A DNA stretch of 64,000 bases from an uncultured Acidobacteriota bacterium (GTDB taxonomy: Bacteria; Acidobacteriota; Vicinamibacteria; Fen-336), in contig OY970399.1 in assembly GCA_963720545.1 (NCBI GenBank), positions 2,240,001-2,304,000 on the forward strand. Reading direction: 5' to 3'. Positions 23,721 through 33,750 of this stretch are shown here, in pieces (within the stretch, counting starts at the first letter, position 1; each line of letters opens with the position of its first letter). Both the position numbers and the translations under genes were made by a program. The notes under the pieces were generated by a model that saw only the letters and a list, made by a program, of their open reading frames with translations, did not search any database and was not told the origin of the DNA.

Positions 23721-24958
23721 AGTTCCGGCCTGCCGCAACCCTCGCTTTAGTGCTTCTGCCCGCGCTCGTCCGCTCCGAGGTCATCGAACGCGTCTTCGTG
23801 CGGGTGGGCGGCGAAATCATCACGATGTCCGACTTCACCAACCGTCAGGTGGCGGCGGCGCAGGCGGCGCGCATCCCGCCCGACAAGGTGGACGCCTACC
23901 TGCGCGAGAACAACGCCAAGATCCTGCAGGACGCGATCGACGAGCTGCTGCTGGTGCGGCGCGCCTCCGACCTCGGCCTCAAGCTGCGGCCCGACTACGT
24001 GGACGAGGTCATCGAGGGCATCAAGAAGGACAACAAGATCGACAACGAGGAAGACTTCAACGCGCGCCTGCGCGGCGAGGGCATGACGCTCGCCGACCTC
24101 AAGCGCAACATCGAACGCTCGATCCTGCGCCAGCAGGTGATCCGCAAGGAACTGGAGCCGACGATCGCCGTGTCCGACGCCGACGCGCGCGCCGCCTACG
24201 AGAGCCGCAAGGCCGACTTCACCACCCCGGCAACGATCCACCTGCAGGAGATCCTGGTTGCGCCCGCGTCGCCGGCGGGGCTGGCGAAGGCGCGCGAGAT
24301 CGCCGCGGCGGTGCGCGGCGGACAGGACTTCGCGGAACAGGCGAAGCGCAACAGCGGCTCGCCCACGGCAGCCCTCGGCGGCGAGCTGGGCGAGCTCACG
24401 GCCGCCGACCTCGCGCCGGTGCTGGCGCGCGAGGCCGCGAAGCTGAAGCCGGGCGAGATTTCCGAGCCGTTCGTGGACGGCGGCGGCTACCGCATCGTGC
24501 GCGTCGTGAGCCGCAAACCCGAGGTCGTGAGGCCGTTCGAGGAAGCGCGCCAGGACGTCGTCAACCAGCTGATGCGGCCGAAGTACGACGAGCAGTACGA
24601 GAAATACATGGCCGGCCTGCGCGAGGCCGCCAAGCCCGAGACCCAGGTCATGGTCCGCGAGGTGCCGACCGAAGTGACGCTGAGCGGCGAGGGCTCGATC
24701 CTGTCCGGCACCGAAGCCGATACCGCGGCGCCCGGCGGAGCGCCGGGGGCATCGACATCAAAGGCGCCGGCGGCGCCCGCCGACCCCGACGCCGAGATTT
24801 CCACGACCGGGTCCGCGAAACCGCAGCGCATCGCCCCTGAGGAGACGGTCCCGGCGGCGCCCGCAACGGCTCCCGCGCCGGCCGCCCCGAAGCCGTCGCC
24901 AACACCCACTCCCAGGCCCACTCCCACGCCGTCGCCGACACCGCCCGCGCAGCGCTAG
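23717..24958 (+). CDS. SurA-like periplasmic chaperone/PPIase with Pro/Thr-rich tail
   Basis: Signal peptide, SurA N domain (EVIERVFVRVGGEIITMSD), parvulin DFAEQAKRNS..GGELG. Confidence 0.82.
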   Translation: MKFRPAATLALVLLPALVRSEVIERVFVRVGGEIITMSDFTNRQVAAAQAARIPPDKVDAYLRENNAKILQDAIDELLLVRRASDLGLKLRPDYVDEVIEGIKKDNKIDNEEDFNARLRGEGMTLADLKRNIERSILRQQVIRKELEPTIAVSDADARAAYESRKADFTTPATIHLQEILVAPASPAGLAKAREIAAAVRGGQDFAEQAKRNSGSPTAALGGELGELTAADLAPVLAREAAKLKPGEISEPFVDGGGYRIVRVVSRKPEVVRPFEEARQDVVNQLMRPKYDEQYEKYMAGLREAAKPETQVMVREVPTEVTLSGEGSILSGTEADTAAPGGAPGASTSKAPAAPADPDAEISTTGSAKPQRIAPEETVPAAPATAPAPAAPKPSPTPTPRPTPTPSPTPPAQR

Positions 24959-24964
24959 TTCGCG

Positions 24965-25345
24965 GTGGCCCGCGCCAGCGCGACCCGCACTCGCACGCCC
25001 GCTCGAGCTGACACTCGAAAGGACGCCTTCGTCGCGCGCGTCTACGAAGTCATCCGGGCGATTCCGAGGGGCAACGTCGCGACCTATGGCCTGGTGGCGG
25101 CGCTCGCCGGCTTCCCCGGCCGGGCGCGCGCGGTCGGCTGGGCGCTGCGGGTCATGGCGCCGGGCGTCGCGCGGCGCGTGCCGTGGCACCGCGTGGTGGG
25201 CGCCACGGGCCGCATCGCGGTGCGCGCCGGCGACTCGGCCTCACGCCAGCGGCAAAAGCTGCGCGCCGAGGGCGTTTCCTTCCGCCGCGACCGCATCGAC
25301 ATGGCGCGCCACGACTACGCGCGCGCCACCTCTACTCGTGGGTGA
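24965..25345 (+). CDS. Alkyltransferase-like protein (ATL, YbaZ-like)
   Basis: IPRGNVATYG, ARAVG, PWHRV (Trp in place of the catalytic Cys of PCHRV). Confidence 0.88.
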   Translation: MARASATRTRTPARADTRKDAFVARVYEVIRAIPRGNVATYGLVAALAGFPGRARAVGWALRVMAPGVARRVPWHRVVGATGRIAVRAGDSASRQRQKLRAEGVSFRRDRIDMARHDYARATSTRG

Positions 25346-26834
25346 CGAGGTCGAACTGCTCCTGGTGCAGCAGCGGGTCGCCCTGGATCTTGACGCGGCC
25401 GCCGACCAGCGACTCGAGCGAACGCCACACCGAGGCGTGGTCGGCGGCGAAGCCGCGCGCGACCGCGGGGTTGACCCGCAGCACCAGCGGCTGGCCGCGC
25501 AGGTCGTCCGAGAGCTTGTGGATCTCGTCGTGGATCTCGTGCGCCACCGTGGCCACGCTCTTCACCGCGCCGCGGCCGTCGCAGTAAGGGCACGGCTCGC
25601 ACAGCATGTGCTCGAGCGATTCCTTGACGCGCTTGCGGGTGACGATGGCGAGCCCGAATTCGTTGATCGAGAGGATCTTGGTGGGCGAGCGGTCCTTGCG
25701 CAGCTCCTGCTCCAGGATCGCCATCACCTTCTTGCGGTTCTTGCGCTCCTCCATGTCGATGAAGTCGACGACGATGATGCCGCCGAGGTCGCGCAGCCGT
25801 ATCTGGCGGACGAGCTCCGTGGCCGCGTCGATGTTGGTCTGCAGCACCGTGTCCTCGAGCTTGCGCGAGCCGACGTTGCGGCCGGTGTTGACGTCGATCG
25901 CGACCAGCGCTTCCGTCTGGTTGATGACGATGTAGCCGCCCGACTGCAGCCACACCTTGGAGCGCAGCGCCTTCTCGATCTCGGCGGCGACACCGTGCTC
26001 CTCGAAGATGCTCTCCTTGCGGGTGTGCAGCCGGACGCGGCTCAGCATCTCGGGCTGCAGCTGGGCGACGAGATCCGCGGTTTTCTGGTGTTCCTTGGCG
26101 TCGTCGAGGTGGATGGCCCCCATGTTCTGGTTGAGGATGTCGCGCAGCAGCCGCTGCACCAGTGCCAGCTCGGTGTGCAGCACCGCCGGCGCCGGGGTGC
26201 GCGAGGCGACCGCGCGCACCTCGTCCCAGGCTTTCACCAGGTAGCGCGCGTCGCGCTCGAAGTCCTCGACCGACTTCGAGCCGCCGGCGGTGCGGGCGAT
26301 GAAGCCGCCGCCGCCACTGTCATGGCGGATCTGCTTGAGGATGGTCTTGAGCCGGCGCCTTTCGTCGTCGTCGCTGATCTTGCGCGACACCCCGATGTGC
26401 TCGACCGTGGGCATGTAGACGAGGTAGCGCCCGGGCAGCGAGACGTGCGAGGTGATGCGCGCACCCTTGGTGCCGAGCGGCTCTTTCAGCACCTGCACCA
26501 CGATCTCCTGGCCTTCCTTCAGCTTTTCCTCGATCGACAGCGACTTGTTGCGCTCGGAACGCGGCGCGTCCTCCTTTTCCTCGTCGGTCAGCAGGTTCTG
26601 GTCGAGGCCCTCCAGGGCGTCGGCCACGTAGAGGAACGCGTCGCGCTCGAGGCCGATGTCGAGGAACGCCGACTGCATGCCGGGCAGCACCCGGGTGACC
26701 CGTCCCTTGTAGACGTTGCCGACGACGTTACGCTGCGCCTGCCGCTCGATGAACAGCTCGGCCAGCACCCCGTCTTCGAGAAGCGCCACCCTGGTCTCTT
26801 GCGGCGTGGTGCTGACGATGATGTCTTTGATCAT
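25332..26834 (-). CDS. rng: Ribonuclease G/E family, catalytic domain only
   Basis: GNVYKGRVTRVLPGMQSAFLDIG, KEPLGTKGAR, IDVNTG, GGIIVVDFIDM, CPYC; ATG 26834. Confidence 0.95.
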   Translation of the reverse strand: MIKDIIVSTTPQETRVALLEDGVLAELFIERQAQRNVVGNVYKGRVTRVLPGMQSAFLDIGLERDAFLYVADALEGLDQNLLTDEEKEDAPRSERNKSLSIEEKLKEGQEIVVQVLKEPLGTKGARITSHVSLPGRYLVYMPTVEHIGVSRKISDDDERRRLKTILKQIRHDSGGGGFIARTAGGSKSVEDFERDARYLVKAWDEVRAVASRTPAPAVLHTELALVQRLLRDILNQNMGAIHLDDAKEHQKTADLVAQLQPEMLSRVRLHTRKESIFEEHGVAAEIEKALRSKVWLQSGGYIVINQTEALVAIDVNTGRNVGSRKLEDTVLQTNIDAATELVRQIRLRDLGGIIVVDFIDMEERKNRKKVMAILEQELRKDRSPTKILSINEFGLAIVTRKRVKESLEHMLCEPCPYCDGRGAVKSVATVAHEIHDEIHKLSDDLRGQPLVLRVNPAVARGFAADHASVWRSLESLVGGRVKIQGDPLLHQEQFDLVTHE

Positions 26835-26977
26835 GCGGGAAGCCTTTCCCGGAACCGCGGCTCTTGCGAGGCGCGGCGGCTGGCCGCGCCCGTGCAGCTC
26901 CGCGAGGAGCCGCCGCAGCGATTGCATCTGGTGGAAGGGTTGGGGCCGTCCTGTGCGCGAACACCGCGAAGAGCACG

Positions 26978-28075
26978 CTAGTTCGCAAAACGCCGCATGC
27001 GGACGTTGAGGATCAGGCCAACGCCCATGAGCGAGGCGAGCACCGAAGAGCCGCCGTAGCTCATGAACGGCAGGGGCAGTCCCTTGACCGGAACGAGCCC
27101 TGCGATCATTGCGACATTGTAGACAACCTGGAATCCGAAAGTGGCCGCGAGTCCGGCGGCAAGAAACGCTCCTAGACGGTCCCGTGCCAGCTGGGCCGTC
27201 TCGAGGGCACGCCACAAAACGAGAAGGTACAGGGCGAGTACGCCCATGACGCCGAGGAAGCCGAACTCCTCGGCGAGTACGGAGAGAATGAAGTCGGTCT
27301 GGCGCGCCGGCAGGTAGCCGAGCTGGCTCTGGCTGCCCTGCTGGTAGCCCTTGCCGAGCAGGCCGCCCGAGCCGACCGCGATCTGCGACTGGCGCTTCTG
27401 CCAGCCGGCGCCCTGCGGGTCGCGCGACGAGTCGAGGAAGTTGTAGACGCGCTCCTTCTGGTACGGCAGCGCGAATTGCCAGCCGATCGAGACCACCACG
27501 GCCATCGCCACGAACAGGCCGAGGATGGTCTTGAGGCGCAGGCCGGCCATGAAGGTGACGGAAAGGAACAGCGGCACCAGGCAGAAGGCGGTGCCGAGGT
27601 CGGGCTCGGCGGCGATCAGGGCGGTGAGCAGTGCGATCGCGATGCCCGGAAACAAGATCTCGGCGAGGCCGAGGCTGTCCTTGCGCGACTCGGAAAAGAT
27701 CTTGGCGAGCAGCAGCGCGGCGGCGATCTTGGCGAATTCCGCCGGCTGGAACTGGCCGACGCCCGCGATCAGGAACCAGCGCCGGGTGCCGGCGATGCGC
27801 GGCGCCAGCAGCAGCACGGCCACGAGCGACGCCGCCACCGCGATGTAGATCCAGAGCGATCGGTCCGCGAAGCGCCGGTAGTCGACCATGAGCATCGCGA
27901 AGAACGCGCACAGCCCGAGGCCGATGGCGTAGATCTGCTTGACGTACAGGCCGGCGAAGCGCGGCGACTCGAAGGTGGCGGAGCGGATCGTCACGATGCT
28001 GAGGAGCAGCAGCGCGCCGACCGCGCCGAGCAGCACCCAGTCGATGTTGAAGAGCGCGCGGCGGTCAACGGACAT
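26978..28075 (-). CDS. rodA: Rod shape-determining SEDS glycosyltransferase RodA
   Basis: QPAEFAK, EPDLGT, AVGSGG, TDFI, LPFMSYGGSS. Confidence 0.96.
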   Translation of the reverse strand: MSVDRRALFNIDWVLLGAVGALLLLSIVTIRSATFESPRFAGLYVKQIYAIGLGLCAFFAMLMVDYRRFADRSLWIYIAVAASLVAVLLLAPRIAGTRRWFLIAGVGQFQPAEFAKIAAALLLAKIFSESRKDSLGLAEILFPGIAIALLTALIAAEPDLGTAFCLVPLFLSVTFMAGLRLKTILGLFVAMAVVVSIGWQFALPYQKERVYNFLDSSRDPQGAGWQKRQSQIAVGSGGLLGKGYQQGSQSQLGYLPARQTDFILSVLAEEFGFLGVMGVLALYLLVLWRALETAQLARDRLGAFLAAGLAATFGFQVVYNVAMIAGLVPVKGLPLPFMSYGGSSVLASLMGVGLILNVRMRRFAN

Positions 28076-29903
28076 CGGCGATCTCGTCGGCTTCCACGTC
28101 GATCGGTCCGATGATTCCCGGCGCCACGTCGCTGACGCCGAAGAACTTCATCAGCACCTGGCGGACCACCGGCGCCGCGGCCTCGCCGCCGCTGCCGCCG
28201 TGCTCGACCAGAGCCGCCACCGCGATGCGCGGGTTGTCGACGGGTGCGAACGCCACGAACCAGCCGTGCGGCAGCATCGCGTGCGCCTCGCCCGAGCGCA
28301 CCAGCCGGTCGTGGCCGACCACCTGCGACGAGCCGGTCTTGCCGGCGATGTCGATGCCCTTGATTATGGAGCGCCAGCCGGTGCCGCCGGTGCTGACGAC
28401 GCCGCGCATGCCCTCGATGACGGCGGCGATGCTTTCCTTGTGCAGCCCGAGGTCGCGCGGCTCGGGCCAGCGCTTGACGTCGCCGCGCTCCACCCGCACC
28501 AGGTGCGGCGCCACCAGCTTGCCGCCGTTGCCGACCAGCGCCGCGAGCCGGGCGAGCTGGATCGGCGTCACGCTCACCTGGCCCTGGCCGATCGAGACCG
28601 ACACGGTTTCGCCGGGGTACCACGGCGCCTTCTGGGTGCGCAGCTTCCACAGCTGGCTCGGCACGAGCCCCGAGGACTCGCCCGGCAGGTCGACGCCGCT
28701 CGGCGCGCCGAGCCCCATCAGCGTGGCGTACTTGTGGATGCGCTCGATCTCGAGGCGCACGCCGACGTTGTAGAAGTAGGCGTTGCACGAGCCGGTGAGG
28801 GCGCGCTTCAGGTCGACCCAGCCGTGCCCCGAGCCCTTGTGGCAGCGGAACATGCGGTTGTACATGATCACGTAGCCGGGGCAGAAGAAGCTGGTTTGCG
28901 GCGTGATCAGGCGCTCCTCGAGCGCCGCCAGCGCGGTGACGATCTTGAAGGTGCTGCCCGGCGCGTAGATCGCCTGGATGACGCGGTTGAGGAGCGGTTT
29001 CTGCGGATCGTCGTTCAGCTTGCGCCACAGCGAGATGTCGATGCCGGTCGTGAACGTGTTCGGGTCGTAGGCCGGGGTCGAGGTCATCGCGAGGATGTCG
29101 CCGTTGCGCGGGTCGAGTGCGATCACCGCGCCGGCGCGGCCGGCGAGCGCCTGCTCCGCGGTCTTCTGCAGGCCGGCGTCGAGTGTCAGGCCGAGGTTCG
29201 GCCCGGGTGCCGGCTGCTGGCGGTCTTCGGCCTCGTTCACTTCCATGCCGCGGCTGTTCACCACGATGCGGCGCGCGCCGTCCTGGCCCATGAGGCTGCG
29301 GTTGTAGCCCTGTTCGATGCCGGCCTGGCCGACGAGGTCGCCCGCCTTCAGGTCGACGAACTCCGCCGCCTGCAGCTGGCGCTCGGTGATCTCGCCGACG
29401 CGCCCGAGAGCGTGGGCGCTGGCGGCGGCCAGCGGATAGGAGCGCAGCGGCACCGCGTCCACCCGGGCCTCGGGCAGCTCGAGGCGGCGCGCCTCGATGG
29501 CGGCGACGTCCTCGAGGCTCGCATCGGTCTTGATCACCACCGGCCGCAGCGGCGTGCGCCGCGCGACGCGCTCGCGGATCTGCGCCTCGCCCATGCGCAG
29601 CAGCTGCGCCAGGGTCGCGACACTGCGGTCGACGTCGTCGGTGTGCTCGGGCGTGAAGACGATGTTGAACGAGGGGCGGTTCTCGACCAGCGTCGCGCCC
29701 GAGCGGTCGAGGAGGCGCCCGCGGGGTGCCGCGATCGGCACGGCGCGCACCCGGTTCATCTCGGCCTGCGACTGGTAGTAGCCGCCGCGAATCACCTGCA
29801 GGAACCAGAACTGCACGAGCAGCAGGATGAACGCCACCACCACGCCGTTTTGCACCACCTCGATGCGGCGCTGCAGGAGGTGCAGGTCCTCGTAGATCCT
29901 CAT
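28065..29903 (-). CDS. mrdA: Penicillin-binding protein 2
   Basis: APRGRLLDR, active-site STFK, SCN, KTG; ATG 29903. Confidence 0.95.
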   Translation of the reverse strand: MRIYEDLHLLQRRIEVVQNGVVVAFILLLVQFWFLQVIRGGYYQSQAEMNRVRAVPIAAPRGRLLDRSGATLVENRPSFNIVFTPEHTDDVDRSVATLAQLLRMGEAQIRERVARRTPLRPVVIKTDASLEDVAAIEARRLELPEARVDAVPLRSYPLAAASAHALGRVGEITERQLQAAEFVDLKAGDLVGQAGIEQGYNRSLMGQDGARRIVVNSRGMEVNEAEDRQQPAPGPNLGLTLDAGLQKTAEQALAGRAGAVIALDPRNGDILAMTSTPAYDPNTFTTGIDISLWRKLNDDPQKPLLNRVIQAIYAPGSTFKIVTALAALEERLITPQTSFFCPGYVIMYNRMFRCHKGSGHGWVDLKRALTGSCNAYFYNVGVRLEIERIHKYATLMGLGAPSGVDLPGESSGLVPSQLWKLRTQKAPWYPGETVSVSIGQGQVSVTPIQLARLAALVGNGGKLVAPHLVRVERGDVKRWPEPRDLGLHKESIAAVIEGMRGVVSTGGTGWRSIIKGIDIAGKTGSSQVVGHDRLVRSGEAHAMLPHGWFVAFAPVDNPRIAVAALVEHGGSGGEAAAPVVRQVLMKFFGVSDVAPGIIGPIDVEADEIADVR

Positions 29904-30385
29904 CGGCGGCCCCTCGCAAGGATACGCCGGTCGGCGAAGGCGAAGATGGCGAGTCCGCAAAGCGCGGTGAGGGCGGCGCGGCCCGCCATCAGGCCGAGCG
30001 AGATGGGCTGTGCCGGCAGGTCGAAGAAAGACACCAGCCGCTCGAACAGGAGCGCGTCCATGAGCGCCGCGCCGAGCACCACCAGCGCCCGCTCGCCGCC
30101 GCCGGTCAGGAACAGGCGCGAAGAGACGAGGCCGACGCAGAAGCCGACGACCAGCTTGGAGAGCGCCGACAGGCCGAGCACCGGGCCGGCGAAGTGCAGG
30201 TCCTGCAGCCAGCCGGCGACGCCGCCGACCAGCATGCCGCTGGTGTCGCCGTGGCGCAGCGCGAAGAACACCACCACCAGCAGGAACGGGTCGAACGCAT
30301 GCGCGGCGGCCGGGCCGACGACGCTGAGCCCGGCTTGCGCGACCAGCGCCAGGGCGAGGCAGATGGCCACCGCGATCAGGTTCAT
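29900..30385 (-). CDS. mreD: Rod shape-determining protein MreD
   Basis: Hydrophobic 161-aa ORF with GWLQD between mreC and mrdA. Confidence 0.85.
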   Translation of the reverse strand: MNLIAVAICLALALVAQAGLSVVGPAAAHAFDPFLLVVVFFALRHGDTSGMLVGGVAGWLQDLHFAGPVLGLSALSKLVVGFCVGLVSSRLFLTGGGERALVVLGAALMDALLFERLVSFFDLPAQPISLGLMAGRAALTALCGLAIFAFADRRILARGRR

Positions 30386-31305
30386 CGCTGCTGTTTCTTC
30401 ACGCTGGTGAAGTCGGTGGGCAGCGGCTGCGGCGTGTCGAGGATCATCACTTCCTCGAGGCTGTCGAAGCGGGTCGAGGGCGTCACCCGCACTTCCTTGA
30501 AGAGGCCGGTGGACGGCCCGACGTAGCTGACGCGGCCGACCAGCAGGCCGCGCGGATACACCTGGTCGAAGCCCGAGGTGACGACCGAATCGCCCACCGC
30601 GATGTCGGAGACGGCCGACACGTACTTCATCAGCAGGTCGCCGCGCGAGGCGACGTCGAGCGCGCGGTCGAGGTCGCTGCGCTCGTCGAGCGCCGAGCCG
30701 GGGCTGGTGCCCATCTGGCCGGCGACCACGCCGGTGACGCGGCTGCGCTCGCTGGCGACGCCGACGTTGGTGTTGGGGTCGAGCAGCACCTGCACCTTGG
30801 CGGCGCGCTCCGCCAGCTCGATCACGCGGCCGACGACGCCCGACGAGCTGATGACGGCGGCATTGAGCGCGACGCCGTCGCCGCGGCCCTTGTCGATCAT
30901 CACCACCTGGAACCACGGCAAGGCGTCGCGGGCGATGATGCGCGCGACCGCGGTGCGCACCGGCAGCACCTTGCGGATGCCGACCAGCTCGCGCAGCCGC
31001 GCCGCCTCCTGGCCGTCCTCGCGCGCGCCCGCCAAGTCGCCCTCGAGGGTCGCCACCTGCTTGCGCAACCCATCATTCTCGCTGCGCGCACGGCGCAGGT
31101 CGACGTAGCCGAACCACACGCCCTTGACGCCGCGCACCACCGCCGACACCGCGCGCTCGATGGGCAGCGTCAGCGTGTACACGGCGCGGCTCAGGAACGA
31201 GGTGCCGCCGCGCGCGTCCACCTGGCGGCTGATGAGCGCCAGGTGCACGAGCACCAGTCCCAGCAGGAGGTAACGGCTCGAACGTCGCTCGACCGCCTGT
31301 GCCAC
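30382..31305 (-). CDS. mreC: Rod shape-determining protein MreC
   Basis: TM plus coiled coil, IDKGRGDGV, GVVGRV, VVTSG.DQVYPRGL.VG. Confidence 0.93.
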   Translation of the reverse strand: MAQAVERRSSRYLLLGLVLVHLALISRQVDARGGTSFLSRAVYTLTLPIERAVSAVVRGVKGVWFGYVDLRRARSENDGLRKQVATLEGDLAGAREDGQEAARLRELVGIRKVLPVRTAVARIIARDALPWFQVVMIDKGRGDGVALNAAVISSSGVVGRVIELAERAAKVQVLLDPNTNVGVASERSRVTGVVAGQMGTSPGSALDERSDLDRALDVASRGDLLMKYVSAVSDIAVGDSVVTSGFDQVYPRGLLVGRVSYVGPSTGLFKEVRVTPSTRFDSLEEVMILDTPQPLPTDFTSVKKQQR

Positions 31306-31312
31306 TTGGCGC

Positions 31313-32395
<1,083 letters not shown>

Positions 32396-33739
32396 CTAGA
32401 CCGCAACCTCGATGTCGTTCTTGGTGCGCTCCTTGGCCCGGTACATGGCCTGGTCGGCCTTTTGTATCAGCCCTTCGGGCGTCAGCGCGTGATTGGGATA
32501 AGAAGCGACGCCGAGGCTCGCGGTGATGGTGGCGCGCAAGCCCTGGCCGCGCAGGAATGTGTGGCTGCCGATGGCGCGCCGCATCCGCTCGGCGATCACC
32601 AGTGCGCCTTCGGGGCCGGTCTCGGGCAGCACGGCGACGAACTCGTCGCCGCCGTAGCGCGCGACCGCGTCGCTGTCGCGCACCGATTCGCGGATGATCT
32701 CGCCGACCTCGAGCAGCGTGCGCGACCCGGCCATGTGGCCGTACAGGTCGTTGATGCCCTTGAAGCCGTCGAGGTCGAGGAACACCAGGCTGAGCGAAGT
32801 GCCGGTGCGCTTGCAGCGCTTCAGCTCGCGGCCCACGTGCAGGTTGAGGAAGCGCGAATTGAACAGCTTGGTGAGGTCGTCGGTGATGGTGAGCTCTTCC
32901 GCCTTCTTGAACAGCAGCGCGTTCTCGATGGCGATGGCGCACGGCTCGACCAGGGTCATGAGCAGGTCGAGATCGCGCCGGGTGAAACCCTTGCCGCCGC
33001 TGTTCACCACCTCGACCACACCGATGGTGCGGCCGCGCGAGCGCAGCGGCGCGCACAGCACCGAGCGGCCCTTGTCGTTCACCACCGTTGCCTGGCCGCT
33101 TTGCGCCACCCAGCCGGCGACCCCTTCGCCGAGGCGCAGCGGACCATGGCCGTTGCCGGTGGCGCCCTGGCCCTGCGCGAGCTCGGCGCGCAATTCCTGG
33201 CGGGTCTCGTCGACCAGCAGTATGGTCCACGCCTCCGAGGGCACGAGCAGCTGCACGCGCGACATGATCGTTTCCATGACGCGTCCCGGCTCGAGCGTCG
33301 AATTGGCGGCCTTCACGACGTCGGTGAGGATCGACAGCCGCCGTGAGGTCTCACGAAAGCCGGCGCCTTCCGCTTTCGCTGGCCGCGGCCTGGCAGCGCG
33401 CGCGCGCGGCGCGGCCTCGACCCGCGCCTTCACTTCGCGGCTCGCGGGCTCGCCCGGGCGGGTCGTCGACAGGTGAAAGTCGAAACCGAGGTGGTTCGAG
33501 CGCTTGACCGCGGCGGCTTCGACGCGTCGCCCGAGGCTGCCGAGCGGCACGCCGTTCAGGTCGCGGCGCAGCCGTGAGACATGACGCGCGGTGACCGAAG
33601 CGCCGAGCTCGACGAGCGCCGCGTCCACCGCGGTGGTCGGCTTGCTGCGCAGGTTTTGCGGCAGGAACTCGTAGCGCACGCCGGCGGCGCTGCGCAGGTT
33701 GCGCCTGACCGCCGCTCCGCTGAAGATCGCCACGCGCAC
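32396..33739 (-). CDS. Diguanylate cyclase (degenerate REC-like, GAF, GGDEF); start uncertain
   Basis: TDDLTKLFN, DLDGFKGINDLYGH, RDSD I-site, RYGGDEF; GAF upstream. GTG 33739 is the first plausible start after the upstream stop at 33751. Confidence 0.85.
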   Translation of the reverse strand: MRVAIFSGAAVRRNLRSAAGVRYEFLPQNLRSKPTTAVDAALVELGASVTARHVSRLRRDLNGVPLGSLGRRVEAAAVKRSNHLGFDFHLSTTRPGEPASREVKARVEAAPRARAARPRPAKAEGAGFRETSRRLSILTDVVKAANSTLEPGRVMETIMSRVQLLVPSEAWTILLVDETRQELRAELAQGQGATGNGHGPLRLGEGVAGWVAQSGQATVVNDKGRSVLCAPLRSRGRTIGVVEVVNSGGKGFTRRDLDLLMTLVEPCAIAIENALLFKKAEELTITDDLTKLFNSRFLNLHVGRELKRCKRTGTSLSLVFLDLDGFKGINDLYGHMAGSRTLLEVGEIIRESVRDSDAVARYGGDEFVAVLPETGPEGALVIAERMRRAIGSHTFLRGQGLRATITASLGVASYPNHALTPEGLIQKADQAMYRAKERTKNDIEVAV

Positions 33740-33750
33740 GGGACCGTGGA

